Under the pieces are notes generated by a model. The model worked only from the letters and a program-made list of their open reading frames with translations, was not told the DNA's origin and did not search any database. From Promethearchaeota archaeon (GTDB lineage: Archaea > Asgardarchaeota > Lokiarchaeia > Sigyniarchaeales > SOKP01): a stretch of 64,000 nucleotides of DNA. The stretch is taken from assembly GCA_019058295.1 (NCBI GenBank), contig JAHPZI010000021.1, positions 160,001-224,000 on the forward strand, given 5' to 3'. The position numbers and the translations under genes were made by a program. Position 1 is the first letter of the stretch. Each line of letters starts with the position of its first letter. Below are positions 1 through 12,333 of the stretch, one piece after another.

Positions 1-1
1 A

Positions 2-1144
2 GGGTTACCTGTAATAGGACATCATTTTGCATGGCCAACAGAAATATTTTATTGCTTCGATTTTGTCCCCGTTGTATTTGAAGGAATTCCATACATACTG
101 AGTGCATTATTACCCGAAGGTTCTGAAAGGTTCTATGATATCGCAGATAGCTTTGGTCATCCTTATCATTCTTGTACCTCTCAAAAAGGAACTTTGGGCA
201 TGGTCTTGGACGGTTTATTTGAATTTGATGTAATATCAACGCCAACGAGTCCATGTGATAATACTTTTGCAACTTATCCTGTTATAAAACAATTATATGA
301 TAAAATCAAAAAGCAAAAAACACCATTTATAATTGCTGATATGCCATATTATCGTGATGATCGCTCTTATAATTACTACGGAAAAGAATTAAATAGAGTA
401 GTTTCAGAAATAGGTCAAATTATCGGTCAAGAACCTGATTATGAGAAGTTAAGAAAAGCTATTGATGTAAATAATAAAGCAATTGAAATTATTGCAGAAA
501 TAAACGAATTTAAAAAACTTACACCATGTCCAATTGAATCCATGTTTTGTCCTTTAATGACTGCAGTTTTGGCATTCATCCCAGGCCAACCTGAAAGAAT
601 AGGTTTTTTTAAAGATGTATTAGAAATCGCAAAAAAGCGAGCTAATAAAGGTGAGAGAGCACATGAAGGAGAAGAAAAAATACGAACCGTCTGGCCATAT
701 ATGTCTATCTTTTTTGACATTGGATTCTGTGAATGGTTGGATCGGGAAATTGGAGCGACAATACTATTAGATATATTCAATTATTTATTTTTTGATGTTA
801 TTGATACCTCAAAAAGCGAAGAACATATTTTTAAAGGATTAGCAAAACAATCGATGAATTATCCTATGGTAAGACAATCCGCAACTTTTTGTGATGACCT
901 TATCACAGATTTTATCTATTTATCAAAAGAATATAAAGCAGATTGTGCAATCTTCACAGCTCACTTAGGTTGTAAACAAAGCGTTAGCGTTATCCAATTA
1001 TTAAGAGAGGCATTCCGAGATGAGATTGGAATCCCAATGCTTTCAATTGATCTTGATATAGGAGATGCCCGATTTACTTCTATAGCAACTGTAAAAAGAG
1101 AAATAGAAAATTTTACTAAAATTCATGATTTTTCGAAAAAATAA
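2..1144 (+). CDS. 2-hydroxyacyl-CoA dehydratase / benzoyl-CoA reductase-like subunit (HAD family), 5'-truncated by window edge
   Basis: Frame is open from base 2 (GLPVIGHHFAWPTEIF...HSCTSQKG). Conserved Cys motifs SPCD and HLGCK, C-terminal GIPMLSIDLD..D.R; adjacent to two CoA-activase genes. Confidence 0.85.
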   Translation, partial: GLPVIGHHFAWPTEIFYCFDFVPVVFEGIPYILSALLPEGSERFYDIADSFGHPYHSCTSQKGTLGMVLDGLFEFDVISTPTSPCDNTFATYPVIKQLYDKIKKQKTPFIIADMPYYRDDRSYNYYGKELNRVVSEIGQIIGQEPDYEKLRKAIDVNNKAIEIIAEINEFKKLTPCPIESMFCPLMTAVLAFIPGQPERIGFFKDVLEIAKKRANKGERAHEGEEKIRTVWPYMSIFFDIGFCEWLDREIGATILLDIFNYLFFDVIDTSKSEEHIFKGLAKQSMNYPMVRQSATFCDDLITDFIYLSKEYKADCAIFTAHLGCKQSVSVIQLLREAFRDEIGIPMLSIDLDIGDARFTSIATVKREIENFTKIHDFSKK

Positions 1145-1221
1145 TGTTCAATCTTTAATCTTTTATTATTAATTAATCACATAATCGTTTATAGAATCAT
1201 TAGCATCAGTGGGATTTCGAT

Positions 1222-2022
1222 TTGAAGGATTATAATTTTTATATTGGGGTGGATGCGGGAGCATCTTTTTGTAAAGCAATTGCTTTAAATTCGAAGAATA
1301 ACGAAATTAAAGCAAATTCAATCACTTTTGTCCTTGGAAATCCTGAAAAAGCAGCAAATAAGTGTTTAGATGAAATAGGAAAGAAATTAAATGTGAAATT
1401 AAAAATTTTAAAAAAAAATGTAATTACTACAGGACAAAATGGGGATAAGATTAGAATTGGACAAAATAAATCCGAAATAATATGCATTGGGAGAGGAGCC
1501 TATGCACTCGATCCTAATATAAGAATTATGGTGGATGTTGGGAGCTTTAGCATGAAAGTATTAAAAATAGATGAATCTGGAATAATCAAAGATTATCTTA
1601 TGAACAATAAATGCGCTGCAGGATCAGGAGTCCTATTAGAACTCGTTGCTGAAGGCTTAGAAATGAGAATTGACGAATTAAATAATAAAGCATTTCAAGC
1701 AAAAAAGCCAATTCAGATTTCAAGCCAATGTAGCATTTTTGCTGAATCTGAGGTAATTTCTTATAAGAATGAAGGAGCAAATATTCCTGATTTAGTTGCA
1801 GGGGTGTGTAATTCTGTAGCAGGTAGAATTTATCCCTTAATTCGGATGATTGATAAAGAAACAAATAAAGTAGCTTTTAGTGGAGGGGTCGCTAAAAACA
1901 AATATATAGCTGAAAATCTTGAGGAACGATTAGGATTTAAATTGGTCAAATTATCACTTGAACCAGAATATATAGCTGCATATGGAGCTGCAATTATAGC
2001 AAAAGAGGGAGGGGGAACATAA
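1222..2022 (+). CDS. ASKHA-fold acyl-CoA dehydratase/reductase activase, BcrD/BzdP-like
   Basis: IGVDAGASFCK, MNNKCAAGSG, SSQCSIFAESE, SGGVAKN, AYGAA motifs; second nucleotide motif atypical (DVGSFSMK). TTG start. Confidence 0.85.
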   Translation: MKDYNFYIGVDAGASFCKAIALNSKNNEIKANSITFVLGNPEKAANKCLDEIGKKLNVKLKILKKNVITTGQNGDKIRIGQNKSEIICIGRGAYALDPNIRIMVDVGSFSMKVLKIDESGIIKDYLMNNKCAAGSGVLLELVAEGLEMRIDELNNKAFQAKKPIQISSQCSIFAESEVISYKNEGANIPDLVAGVCNSVAGRIYPLIRMIDKETNKVAFSGGVAKNKYIAENLEERLGFKLVKLSLEPEYIAAYGAAIIAKEGGGT

Positions 2023-2023
2023 A

Positions 2024-2806
2024 ATAGTATTTGCGGGAATTGATATAGGGTCTCTCACAGGTAAAGCATTATTGTTAGAAGATAGTGAGATCCGTGGATT
2101 TAAAATAATTAGGGTAAAAAAAACTCCCGTTGAAACTGCTGAAAGTGTTTTTGAAATGGTTTTATCCGAGACGGGGATAAATAGGGATAATGTAAAATTT
2201 GTGGTTAGTACAGGTTACGGGAGAGATAATATTCCCTTTTCTAATAAAAGTATGACAGAAATCACATGCCATGGGTTAGGTGCCCATTTTCTAATACCAA
2301 GCATTCGGACGATAATTGATATAGGGGGTCAGGATTGTAAAGTAATCGCCGTAGATCGAACGGGTAAATTAGTTGAATTTGCAATGAATGAGAAATGCTC
2401 CGCAGGCACGGGAAGATATCTCGAAATAATGGCCAATTTACTCCATATTTCACTCGATGATCTTGGGACTTTATCATTGAAGAGTAAAACTCCTGTTCAA
2501 TTGAAAAGTACTTGTAGTATTTATGCTCAAGCCGAGGTATTGCAATGTATCAATTCTGGATTTAAGAAGTCTAATATAGCTGCGGGAATTAATAAAGCTA
2601 TGGCTGAGCGCGTTTATTCCATGTCAAAAAAAGTTAAGATGAGACCAGATGTGGTTATTTCTGGAGGTGTAGCTAAAAATGCTGGTGTTGTCGGTTATCT
2701 GGAAGAAATGATAGGAATCGAATTCTTAAAATTACCAATTGATCCTCAAATTATTGGTGCTCTTGGAGCTGCTGTAATTGCTCAAGAGAGGTATAAAAGA
2801 AAGTGA
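2024..2806 (+). CDS. ASKHA-fold acyl-CoA dehydratase/reductase activase, HgdC/BzdQ-like
   Basis: STGYGR, EITCHGLG, DIGGQDCK, MNEKCSAGTG, TCSIYAQ, GGVAKN, GALGAA. The essential N-terminal FAGIDIGSLTGK lies upstream of the track start (2072), so the start is extended to ATA 2024. Confidence 0.85.
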   Translation: MVFAGIDIGSLTGKALLLEDSEIRGFKIIRVKKTPVETAESVFEMVLSETGINRDNVKFVVSTGYGRDNIPFSNKSMTEITCHGLGAHFLIPSIRTIIDIGGQDCKVIAVDRTGKLVEFAMNEKCSAGTGRYLEIMANLLHISLDDLGTLSLKSKTPVQLKSTCSIYAQAEVLQCINSGFKKSNIAAGINKAMAERVYSMSKKVKMRPDVVISGGVAKNAGVVGYLEEMIGIEFLKLPIDPQIIGALGAAVIAQERYKRK

Positions 2807-2952
2807 AAAATAACTTATAGAAATTACATGGTTAATTTTTTTTTTCTTATAAAATAAAGACATAATATTTTTTAAAAAACTGTAACTAAATAGCAATAGT
2901 TAATATTTAGGAATCTTAGTGTTAGTCTGATTTAGATTCTTTATAAATATAA

Positions 2953-5223
<2,271 letters not shown>

Positions 5224-5413
5224 TGGTTTAATAGGCTCCCTGGTATCAGCAGCATCCCCAGACTTGGTAATATTGATATAAATAAAACTACAGGCGTATA
5301 GAAAAAAAAGTAGATAATTCCATTTTAAAATTACATTTTTTTTTATTAACTAGGAAGAAAATATAAATTGTAAGCAATTCAATTTATTAGGAACACTAAA
5401 GTAGTGAAATATT

Positions 5414-5905
5414 ATATATCAATCCGAGAAAAACTCTGATCTCCCAGAAGAAGGATCTAGTAACTCTGAACTAGAAAATAATGAGCCTGAAAATTTAAAT
5501 AAGGAGGATGAGAAAGAGCGCAATAAATATGTCAGAGGATTATATTTTACTGGGGGTATCATTTGTTTAAGTTTAGGAATTATAGGAATACTTTTACCTA
5601 TTTTACCTACTACCCCTTTTCTTTTACTTGCCGCAGGATGCTTTTCTAGAAGTTCTAAAAGATTTTATAATTGGTTATTAAACAACAGGATTCTTGGCTC
5701 ATATATTAGAAACTTTAGAGAAGGAAAAGGAATGCCTATAAAAGTTAAAATTTTTACAATTTCTATGTTATGGATAACAATTCTTTTAACATCGTTCATT
5801 TTTATTCAAATTATATGGATTAGATATGTACTAATCATCATTGCTATTGCTGTGACAATTCATATTATTTTAATTCGCCCAAAAAAAAAAAAGAGTAAAA
5901 GTTAG
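5414..5905 (+). CDS. YbaN/DUF454 family inner-membrane protein (absent from ORF track)
   Basis: Manual translation gives LGIIGILLPILPTTPFLLLAAGCFSRSSKRFYNWLLNNRILGSYIRNFREGKGMP. In-frame TGA at 5405 and no ATG/GTG/TTG before the conserved core; likely ATA start 6 nt after AGTGA; stop TAG 5903-5905. Confidence 0.88.
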   Translation: MYQSEKNSDLPEEGSSNSELENNEPENLNKEDEKERNKYVRGLYFTGGIICLSLGIIGILLPILPTTPFLLLAAGCFSRSSKRFYNWLLNNRILGSYIRNFREGKGMPIKVKIFTISMLWITILLTSFIFIQIIWIRYVLIIIAIAVTIHIILIRPKKKKSKS

Positions 5906-6092
5906 ATTAAAATCTTAATTAAAAGTAAAAATTCTTAAAAAAAGAAATTCTTATTTTACTCTTTTTTCTTATAAAGTTTATTTTTAAGAAATAATTTATC
6001 GTAATACTAGTGTTTAAAAATTTGTAGCCTATTTATATCATCGGAGTGAATTTGTAATAAAATTGATTTATATTTAAAAATGGATATTTTTT

Positions 6093-6713
6093 ATGGATAA
6101 TAGAAAAAATAGCGAAGGTGATATTTTAAATCAAGCCTTCGAATTAATGGGAAAAGGTACTGATTTAGCAAAAGTAAAAGAATACGATGAGGCATTAAGA
6201 TTATATAATGAAGCTGTAGAATTACTAAGAGAAATTAATTGGGTTGACCAAATTCAAACAATCCAAAAAACAATTGATCAGTTGGAAATAGAAAGAATAC
6301 ATCATAATCAAGCTTTAGAAAAACAAAAAGCTCGTGATGAAAAACAACGCAAATTAAAAGCTGAAGAGGCAATCTTAGAAGAGAAACAAGCTAAAGAAGA
6401 AAAAGAAAGAATAGAAAGTGAAAGAGCAAGGAAAATAGAGAAGTCTGAAAAAGAGAAGGATTTTAAACAGCAAATTGTTGATATGGAGGAATATACTGAT
6501 AAAATGATAAGAGAATACGAATCTCAGATTAAGAAAGGAAATTTTAACTCAGATCCTCCATACGAAAAAGTAATTAGAATATATTTGAATATGAGAAGTT
6601 TGTTAACAGAAAAAGGTTGGAAGGCCCAAATTGATAACGTTAATGAACAAATTAAATTTTTCATAGAGAAAATAGAAAAAGATAAAAAATTACGAGAAAT
6701 TTATTCGGCATAA
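6093..6713 (+). CDS. Hypothetical helical protein (TPR-like hairpins plus charged coiled coil)
   Basis: YDEALRLYNEAVELLREINW and YEKVIRIYLNMRSLLTEKGW hairpin-like repeats flank an E/K/R-rich helix. Confidence 0.7.
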   Translation: MDNRKNSEGDILNQAFELMGKGTDLAKVKEYDEALRLYNEAVELLREINWVDQIQTIQKTIDQLEIERIHHNQALEKQKARDEKQRKLKAEEAILEEKQAKEEKERIESERARKIEKSEKEKDFKQQIVDMEEYTDKMIREYESQIKKGNFNSDPPYEKVIRIYLNMRSLLTEKGWKAQIDNVNEQIKFFIEKIEKDKKLREIYSA

Positions 6714-6736
6714 AATAAATAATTGGTAATTAATCT

Positions 6737-8065
6737 TCACTCATCTTCAATTTCATCTTTACCTTTCAGCATTTTTTGTATGGAATCTTGCCATTTATCA
6801 CCTAATTTTTTTATACCATCCCCTAATTTTTTTCCCATTGCTTGAATCCCTAACTCAAAAGGAGATGGGCCATTTTCTGGTCTTTTAAATAAACTTCCAA
6901 TATATTTAATCACTTGCGTAAGTGTGAATTTGTCAATCATAAATTCTTTGAACCTTTTAGACATTTTAAACACAAGACAAGCAATTAGAGTTATCATAAA
7001 AGAAGTAATTAAGAAAATTCTATGATATAAATCACTTATCTTCAAGTTAGGGGTAATTTTAGTTAAAATAGGCAGATCTGTGATGAAAAATGAATCTAAA
7101 TAAACCATATGATATCCAACGGCAATGCCAAGAATAATCAAAACCACTCCTTTTTCTCCAAATGCTTTTTTAATTCTATCTGTAAAATAAAGTCTAGATT
7201 GAAACCTAACCTCTAGTCGCTCAGGCGATTCAGGCGATTCTGAGATTCTCATTGTTAAAATTTGAACAATATATAATACTCCTATTAAGAGCATAAAAAT
7301 TTCAAAAACTAATGAAACAACAGATTCGCTCGTAAGGGTAATACTCATATATAAATGATAAGTCATAAACATGTTAAAAAATCCAATTGCAGTTGCAAAA
7401 TTTACAATTCCTGGATTTGATTCAACTCTTTTGGGTGCCCTCCAAATCAGTATAAGTACAATCAATGCATTTATTATCCCAAAAATTCCAAAAATCACAC
7501 TAAGCAAATCCATTTGAAAAATGATATAAATGTAAAATACTATGGAGATGTAAATGATTATTTTTACTATAAATCCGAAAAAAATATGAGTTTTTGGCAT
7601 TCCAAGCGTCATAACCTTTTTAGGAAATGAAGTAAAAAAATATAATATTAAAAAGAACATACTAATTGATAAAATTAGTATCCAACACATAAGATATATC
7701 AGTTTTGCAAATTGGAAAAATAGGTGGTTATAATCCCATTTGAAATAGAAAAAAGCGAAAATAAAGAGAGTAATGACTATAAATGAAAATATATAATATA
7801 ACCATAATTTTTTAATCCTTCCAATTAAAATTCCAGATGATACAATACCAAAAGAAAGAAATAATTCTAAAATCAGCATAAAGCGAATAAATTCCAGAGA
7901 AATTAAAAATTTAAAGTGATAAAGTAGCGCAAGAATTGTATTAGCTGTCATAATGATTAAAATTATTAGAGCAAATGGCAGATATTGCTTTTGTGTTAAC
8001 TTCTTAATTCCCCCAAATATCCGGTTTTTTAAAAACCAATATAGAGTTCTCTCTAAATATGACAT
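6737..8065 (-). CDS. Hypothetical polytopic membrane protein
   Basis: 442-aa ORF with about 10-11 hydrophobic segments; no recognised motif. Confidence 0.75.
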   Translation of the reverse strand: MSYLERTLYWFLKNRIFGGIKKLTQKQYLPFALIILIIMTANTILALLYHFKFLISLEFIRFMLILELFLSFGIVSSGILIGRIKKLWLYYIFSFIVITLFIFAFFYFKWDYNHLFFQFAKLIYLMCWILILSISMFFLILYFFTSFPKKVMTLGMPKTHIFFGFIVKIIIYISIVFYIYIIFQMDLLSVIFGIFGIINALIVLILIWRAPKRVESNPGIVNFATAIGFFNMFMTYHLYMSITLTSESVVSLVFEIFMLLIGVLYIVQILTMRISESPESPERLEVRFQSRLYFTDRIKKAFGEKGVVLIILGIAVGYHMVYLDSFFITDLPILTKITPNLKISDLYHRIFLITSFMITLIACLVFKMSKRFKEFMIDKFTLTQVIKYIGSLFKRPENGPSPFELGIQAMGKKLGDGIKKLGDKWQDSIQKMLKGKDEIEDE

Positions 8066-8160
8066 AATTGAATTAAGGAAAAATTAGTTTAAAATTATTA
8101 GATATCAATAATTTACGACTTTTTAACTTTGTTTTTAAAAATATAAATAGTGATTTATTT

Positions 8161-8700
8161 ATGTTGAAAGATTCGTATGCAAATTCAGATATAAGTGAAA
8201 TTGATATTTCACATGAAGTTAAGATTGTAAATGTTATATGTCCTCTTTGTAAATCCAAAAAAGAAATTACTGTTCCAGTAACAATTATCAACCAAACAGG
8301 TCTAACAACAGTATCTATACCTAAAGATTTAGTTTGCAGCCATCATTTTCAAGTTTTCATTGATAAGCAATTTAAGGTTCGGGGTTATCAAAAAGTAGAC
8401 CTTGATTTGGCTCTTAATAAAAATAAGGAGTCTAATATTGATAATTTCAATAAAAAAGATGACGAGCTTTTCGAAAATCTAATTCTAGAAGGCAATTACC
8501 TTGAATATAATCCAAAGAAGGTAAAAAAGATACATATAAATAGTGAACCTGAAAAAATTGTATCCAATGAGGAAAAGGTAATGACTCTTAAAGAAATATA
8601 CGAAGAATTTTGGGAATTCATAGATGATGATAATCCTGAATTTAAAGAGTATATCATAAAAGATAAAAAGAGAAGACAAGGAGTAAAAAGAAGGAATTAA
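8161..8700 (+). CDS. Zn-finger hypothetical protein (CPxC...CxH.F...D...RGY family)
   Basis: CPLC...VCSHHFQVFIDKQFKVRGYQKVD; clearly paralogous to the N-terminus of 55044..55862. Confidence 0.75.
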   Translation: MLKDSYANSDISEIDISHEVKIVNVICPLCKSKKEITVPVTIINQTGLTTVSIPKDLVCSHHFQVFIDKQFKVRGYQKVDLDLALNKNKESNIDNFNKKDDELFENLILEGNYLEYNPKKVKKIHINSEPEKIVSNEEKVMTLKEIYEEFWEFIDDDNPEFKEYIIKDKKRRQGVKRRN

Positions 8701-8901
8701 AAAAAATTACTATTGATTGGAAATAACCTGGCTATAGCCATCCCAAAAACATCTAATCATATCAAAATAAATCTCTAAATTTCCATTCTATACATTCAAG
8801 ATATATCTGAATTTTATTTTAAAAAATTAATATGAAAAGTTGTATTATAATACAAAATAAGAGTTTACAATGCGGAATATTTACTTTTTATAGCATTATT
8901 T

Positions 8902-10068
8902 ATGTATTTAAGCGGTCTAATAAGGAAAGAATTTAGTAGAATTAAAGCCGATAAAAGAACGTTAATTTTAATATTTACAATCCCAGTCATATTAATCGTG
9001 ATATTCGGTCTAACTAGTGGAGGAGGCCCCACTGAATTCTATAACGCTGCAATTATTTCTCGTGATAAAATACCATACGAAACTCCTGAATTCCCTGTCG
9101 AATCAAATTCTACCCTTAATTATGACGATATATTTATTGATGTTGTGGAGGATGATTGTTCAGCATGGGGCCTTATTGAATCGTACTCATGTGATAATGA
9201 GGAAGAGTATGATGATGCATTTGAAGAGTGCTTTGAGCTCCTAAGGAATGAAATCATAGATGTATTTATTATTTTAGAGGAAGATTTCTCTGAAACAATA
9301 GAGAACGAAACTGATACAACTCTTACTTATTACATCGATGGATCAGATTTAGAGGCGGTTGATGCAATTGATGTGGCGATTCAGGAACCGATTGGTTTGT
9401 TTAAAATTAAGGCGCGAAAGACGGCTAATTTTGTAATAATGGTTCCTTATCTGGAGTATGAAGTTCCTTTTTGGGAGACTCAGGTACTCAACTATGCCCT
9501 ATCCATAGTTTTATCAATGCTTATTCTAGGATTGTTAATGAATCTTACTTCTTTATCAATTGTGTCTGAAGGACCGCTCCCACGTATGATGCTTACTCCA
9601 ACAGCAAAAAAAGAAATAATCTTAAGTAAACTGATTGCAAATTCTATAATAATGTTATTACAGGTAACAATTATATTTGCTATGTCAGCGATATTTGGGA
9701 TGTTTTCTTTAGGATCATTGTTTAGTCTCTATTTGATTTTAATTGCAATAGGTTTTTGTGGGATTTGCATTGGATTATTCATTTCCTCAATAAGTAAGAC
9801 GGAACAACAAGCAAACCAAATTTATATAATGCTTTTTATCGCTTTATTGATGTTTTCAGGCTCATTCTTAAGAATGGATACATTACCACTCGCAATGCAA
9901 GTCATAATCAATGCGTTGCCATTAAGTCATGCCGTTCCATTAATAAATGAAGTTACTAAAAAAGGCTTACCTATTGATTTATTCCACTTTTTTAGTTTAA
10001 ATTTGATTTCTTTGGGGTTCATAATAGGAGCATATATTGCGTATAGATTTAAAAAAGTGGAGGTCTGA
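8902..10068 (+). CDS. ABC-2 (type V) transporter permease
   Basis: IRKEFSRIKADKR elbow helix, TM1, acidic extracellular domain, RMMLTP..K.EIILSK coupling helix, GLFISSISKTEQQA, FSG.F, LPLSHA. Confidence 0.92.
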   Translation: MYLSGLIRKEFSRIKADKRTLILIFTIPVILIVIFGLTSGGGPTEFYNAAIISRDKIPYETPEFPVESNSTLNYDDIFIDVVEDDCSAWGLIESYSCDNEEEYDDAFEECFELLRNEIIDVFIILEEDFSETIENETDTTLTYYIDGSDLEAVDAIDVAIQEPIGLFKIKARKTANFVIMVPYLEYEVPFWETQVLNYALSIVLSMLILGLLMNLTSLSIVSEGPLPRMMLTPTAKKEIILSKLIANSIIMLLQVTIIFAMSAIFGMFSLGSLFSLYLILIAIGFCGICIGLFISSISKTEQQANQIYIMLFIALLMFSGSFLRMDTLPLAMQVIINALPLSHAVPLINEVTKKGLPIDLFHFFSLNLISLGFIIGAYIAYRFKKVEV

Positions 10069-10074
10069 TAAATA

Positions 10075-11307
10075 TTGGATGAGAATAATCATAATACGAG
10101 TAGCATCGACACGTATGAAGGTGGTTTTTTAAAATTAAAAATTCGATTATTTCGATTGGTAAAACAGATAAAAAAAGAATTCCAGCTTTTAAAAACCGAT
10201 AAAGTAAATCTATTTATTGCCCTCGCACTACCACCACTAATAATATGGATGTTCGCTTCCATGTCTTCTGCTGGTGCCTCAGAGATCATTCCAGTTAAAT
10301 GTACTGTTGTTAGCTACGATTCCGAAGTATATGTCAATCAAGATAACTATACTATTACAACTTTTTGGGATAATTTTACTGAAAGATATTTAGACGCGGT
10401 CGAAAAATCTAAATATTTGGACCTTGTTGATTTCTACGATGCAAGTGAAGAAAAATATGCTATGGAAACGGCAAGAGATGATTTACGTGATAGTAAAATT
10501 GGAATTATAATTGAGATTCCTGTAGAGTTCTCAGAGTTTTTATCTACAGGTTTACCTGGTATAATCGAATGTATACCAGATTCCTCAGAAATATTCTATA
10601 TTCAAGAAAAACTCAATGCCGTTGAGGATTCAATTGATCTTTTTGTGGAAGATAACAATTTAGACCCTCAATTCGTCCGTATGGAATACGACGAGTACTC
10701 AGTGCCATCTGATTATAATTTCAGATTCAATTATAGCATGATTATATTATTTTCATTTATGATTTTTGGTATTAGCACTGTACTTACTATTTTAGTAGTT
10801 GTACAAGAAAAACCTATACCTCGTCTTTTGCTAACCCCAGCTAAAAAACATGAAATTCTCTTGTCCAAATATATTACATATTTAATTATTTTAGCGCTCC
10901 AAGTATTTCTAATTCTTTCAACTGCACTTCTTAATGGTCTCTATGTGGCTGGCTCGTTGTTTGATATATTTTTAGCCTTATTCATTTTAGGCTTAACGGG
11001 CGTCTCTTTAGGAATGTTTATCAGCACTGTTAGCAAAACTAAGACAGAAGCTAATCAATTATTCTTCGCCGCGTTCATTGTCATTGTCCTTTTGAGTGGG
11101 ATTTTTGTTCCCATAGAATCTATGCCTGAATATTTACAAATAGTGGCGTTTATCTTACCATTATCTCATGGAAAACCAATGATAAATGGAATCTTATCAA
11201 AAGGGAAATCAGTCTTTTGCTTCGACTTTTTTGCTTTGCTTATTTTAAGTATTGCATTTATATTACTTTCATTTTTGGTAATTAAAAGAAAAAGATATGA
11301 GGTGTAA
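10075..11307 (+). CDS. ABC-2 (type V) transporter permease (paralogue)
   Basis: KKEFQLLKTDK, RLLLTPAKKHEILLSK, GMFISTVSKTKTEA, LSGIFVPIESMPEYLQ, LPLSHG; TTG start after GGAGGT. Confidence 0.92.
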   Translation: MDENNHNTSSIDTYEGGFLKLKIRLFRLVKQIKKEFQLLKTDKVNLFIALALPPLIIWMFASMSSAGASEIIPVKCTVVSYDSEVYVNQDNYTITTFWDNFTERYLDAVEKSKYLDLVDFYDASEEKYAMETARDDLRDSKIGIIIEIPVEFSEFLSTGLPGIIECIPDSSEIFYIQEKLNAVEDSIDLFVEDNNLDPQFVRMEYDEYSVPSDYNFRFNYSMIILFSFMIFGISTVLTILVVVQEKPIPRLLLTPAKKHEILLSKYITYLIILALQVFLILSTALLNGLYVAGSLFDIFLALFILGLTGVSLGMFISTVSKTKTEANQLFFAAFIVIVLLSGIFVPIESMPEYLQIVAFILPLSHGKPMINGILSKGKSVFCFDFFALLILSIAFILLSFLVIKRKRYEV

Positions 11308-12333
11308 ATGATCGAAAAATCTGCTGAAATAATGGTAAATGTTGAAAATTTAAATGTTAAATTCGGAGACAAACAAGTTGTTCATAATGTATCTTTTCAA
11401 GTGAAATCCGGAGAAATAATCGGTTTATTTGGTATCAGCGGTGCTGGTAAAACAACAATTATACGAGTACTTACGTGCCAGCTCAATAAAAAGAACTGGA
11501 ATGGTAACGTAAAAGTCACGGATTTAAATCCCGCACAAAGTAAAAATCATCCGAAAATCTTAAGCAATATTGGATATGTTCCTCAACTTGAAGGACTCAA
11601 TCTTTACTATGAGTTGTCACCTATGACGAATGTAGAAATATTTGCATCAACATATGGATTGAAAAAAAAAAATGCGAAAGAAATAGCAAAAGAACTATTT
11701 TCGATACTTGACATTCCAGAAGATACTTGGAAAAAACGGCTAAAAAAATTAAGCGGAGGAGAAAAAAAGAGAGTTTCCGTAGCGATTGGTTTAATCCATC
11801 AGCCTAAAATTCTATTTCTTGACGAGCCTACGACTGGTGTTGATGCCGCAAAAAGATATGAAGTTCTTTCATATTTAAAAAAGTTAAATCGAAAATTAGG
11901 GACGACAATGTTTCTTATTACACACGATATGGAGGCAGCTTTAATATGTGATAAAAGCGCGATTTTGAGAGATGGAAAATTATTAGAATTCGATTCTAAT
12001 GATAATCTCATAGCATCACTCCCGAGTGGTGGCTTATTAACTAGATTAACTATTGAAGATCTTACTGAGAATAAAATAAAAATTATTAAAAATTTTACAC
12101 CCGTACAAAAAACTATACGTGTAGGAAATGAAATAATTGAAGTGTTTATTGAGGATTTTGAAGAAAACCTTCAAAAATTAATTGAATATACGATAAAAAA
12201 CAATTTAAAAGTTACGTCCATGAGTAAGGATAATGCTACTTTTAGAAGGTATTTCCAGATTAGAATCCAAGAAGAAGAGGAGAAAGAAAGGACATTAAGA
12301 GAAAGCGTACAGATAATGGAAGGTGAGGCATAA
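11308..12333 (+). CDS. ABC transporter ATP-binding protein (ABC-2 type)
   Basis: Walker A GISGAGKTT, Q-loop YVPQ, signature LSGGE, Walker B LFLDEPT, H-loop ITH, C-terminal accessory domain. Confidence 0.95.
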   Translation: MIEKSAEIMVNVENLNVKFGDKQVVHNVSFQVKSGEIIGLFGISGAGKTTIIRVLTCQLNKKNWNGNVKVTDLNPAQSKNHPKILSNIGYVPQLEGLNLYYELSPMTNVEIFASTYGLKKKNAKEIAKELFSILDIPEDTWKKRLKKLSGGEKKRVSVAIGLIHQPKILFLDEPTTGVDAAKRYEVLSYLKKLNRKLGTTMFLITHDMEAALICDKSAILRDGKLLEFDSNDNLIASLPSGGLLTRLTIEDLTENKIKIIKNFTPVQKTIRVGNEIIEVFIEDFEENLQKLIEYTIKNNLKVTSMSKDNATFRRYFQIRIQEEEEKERTLRESVQIMEGEA

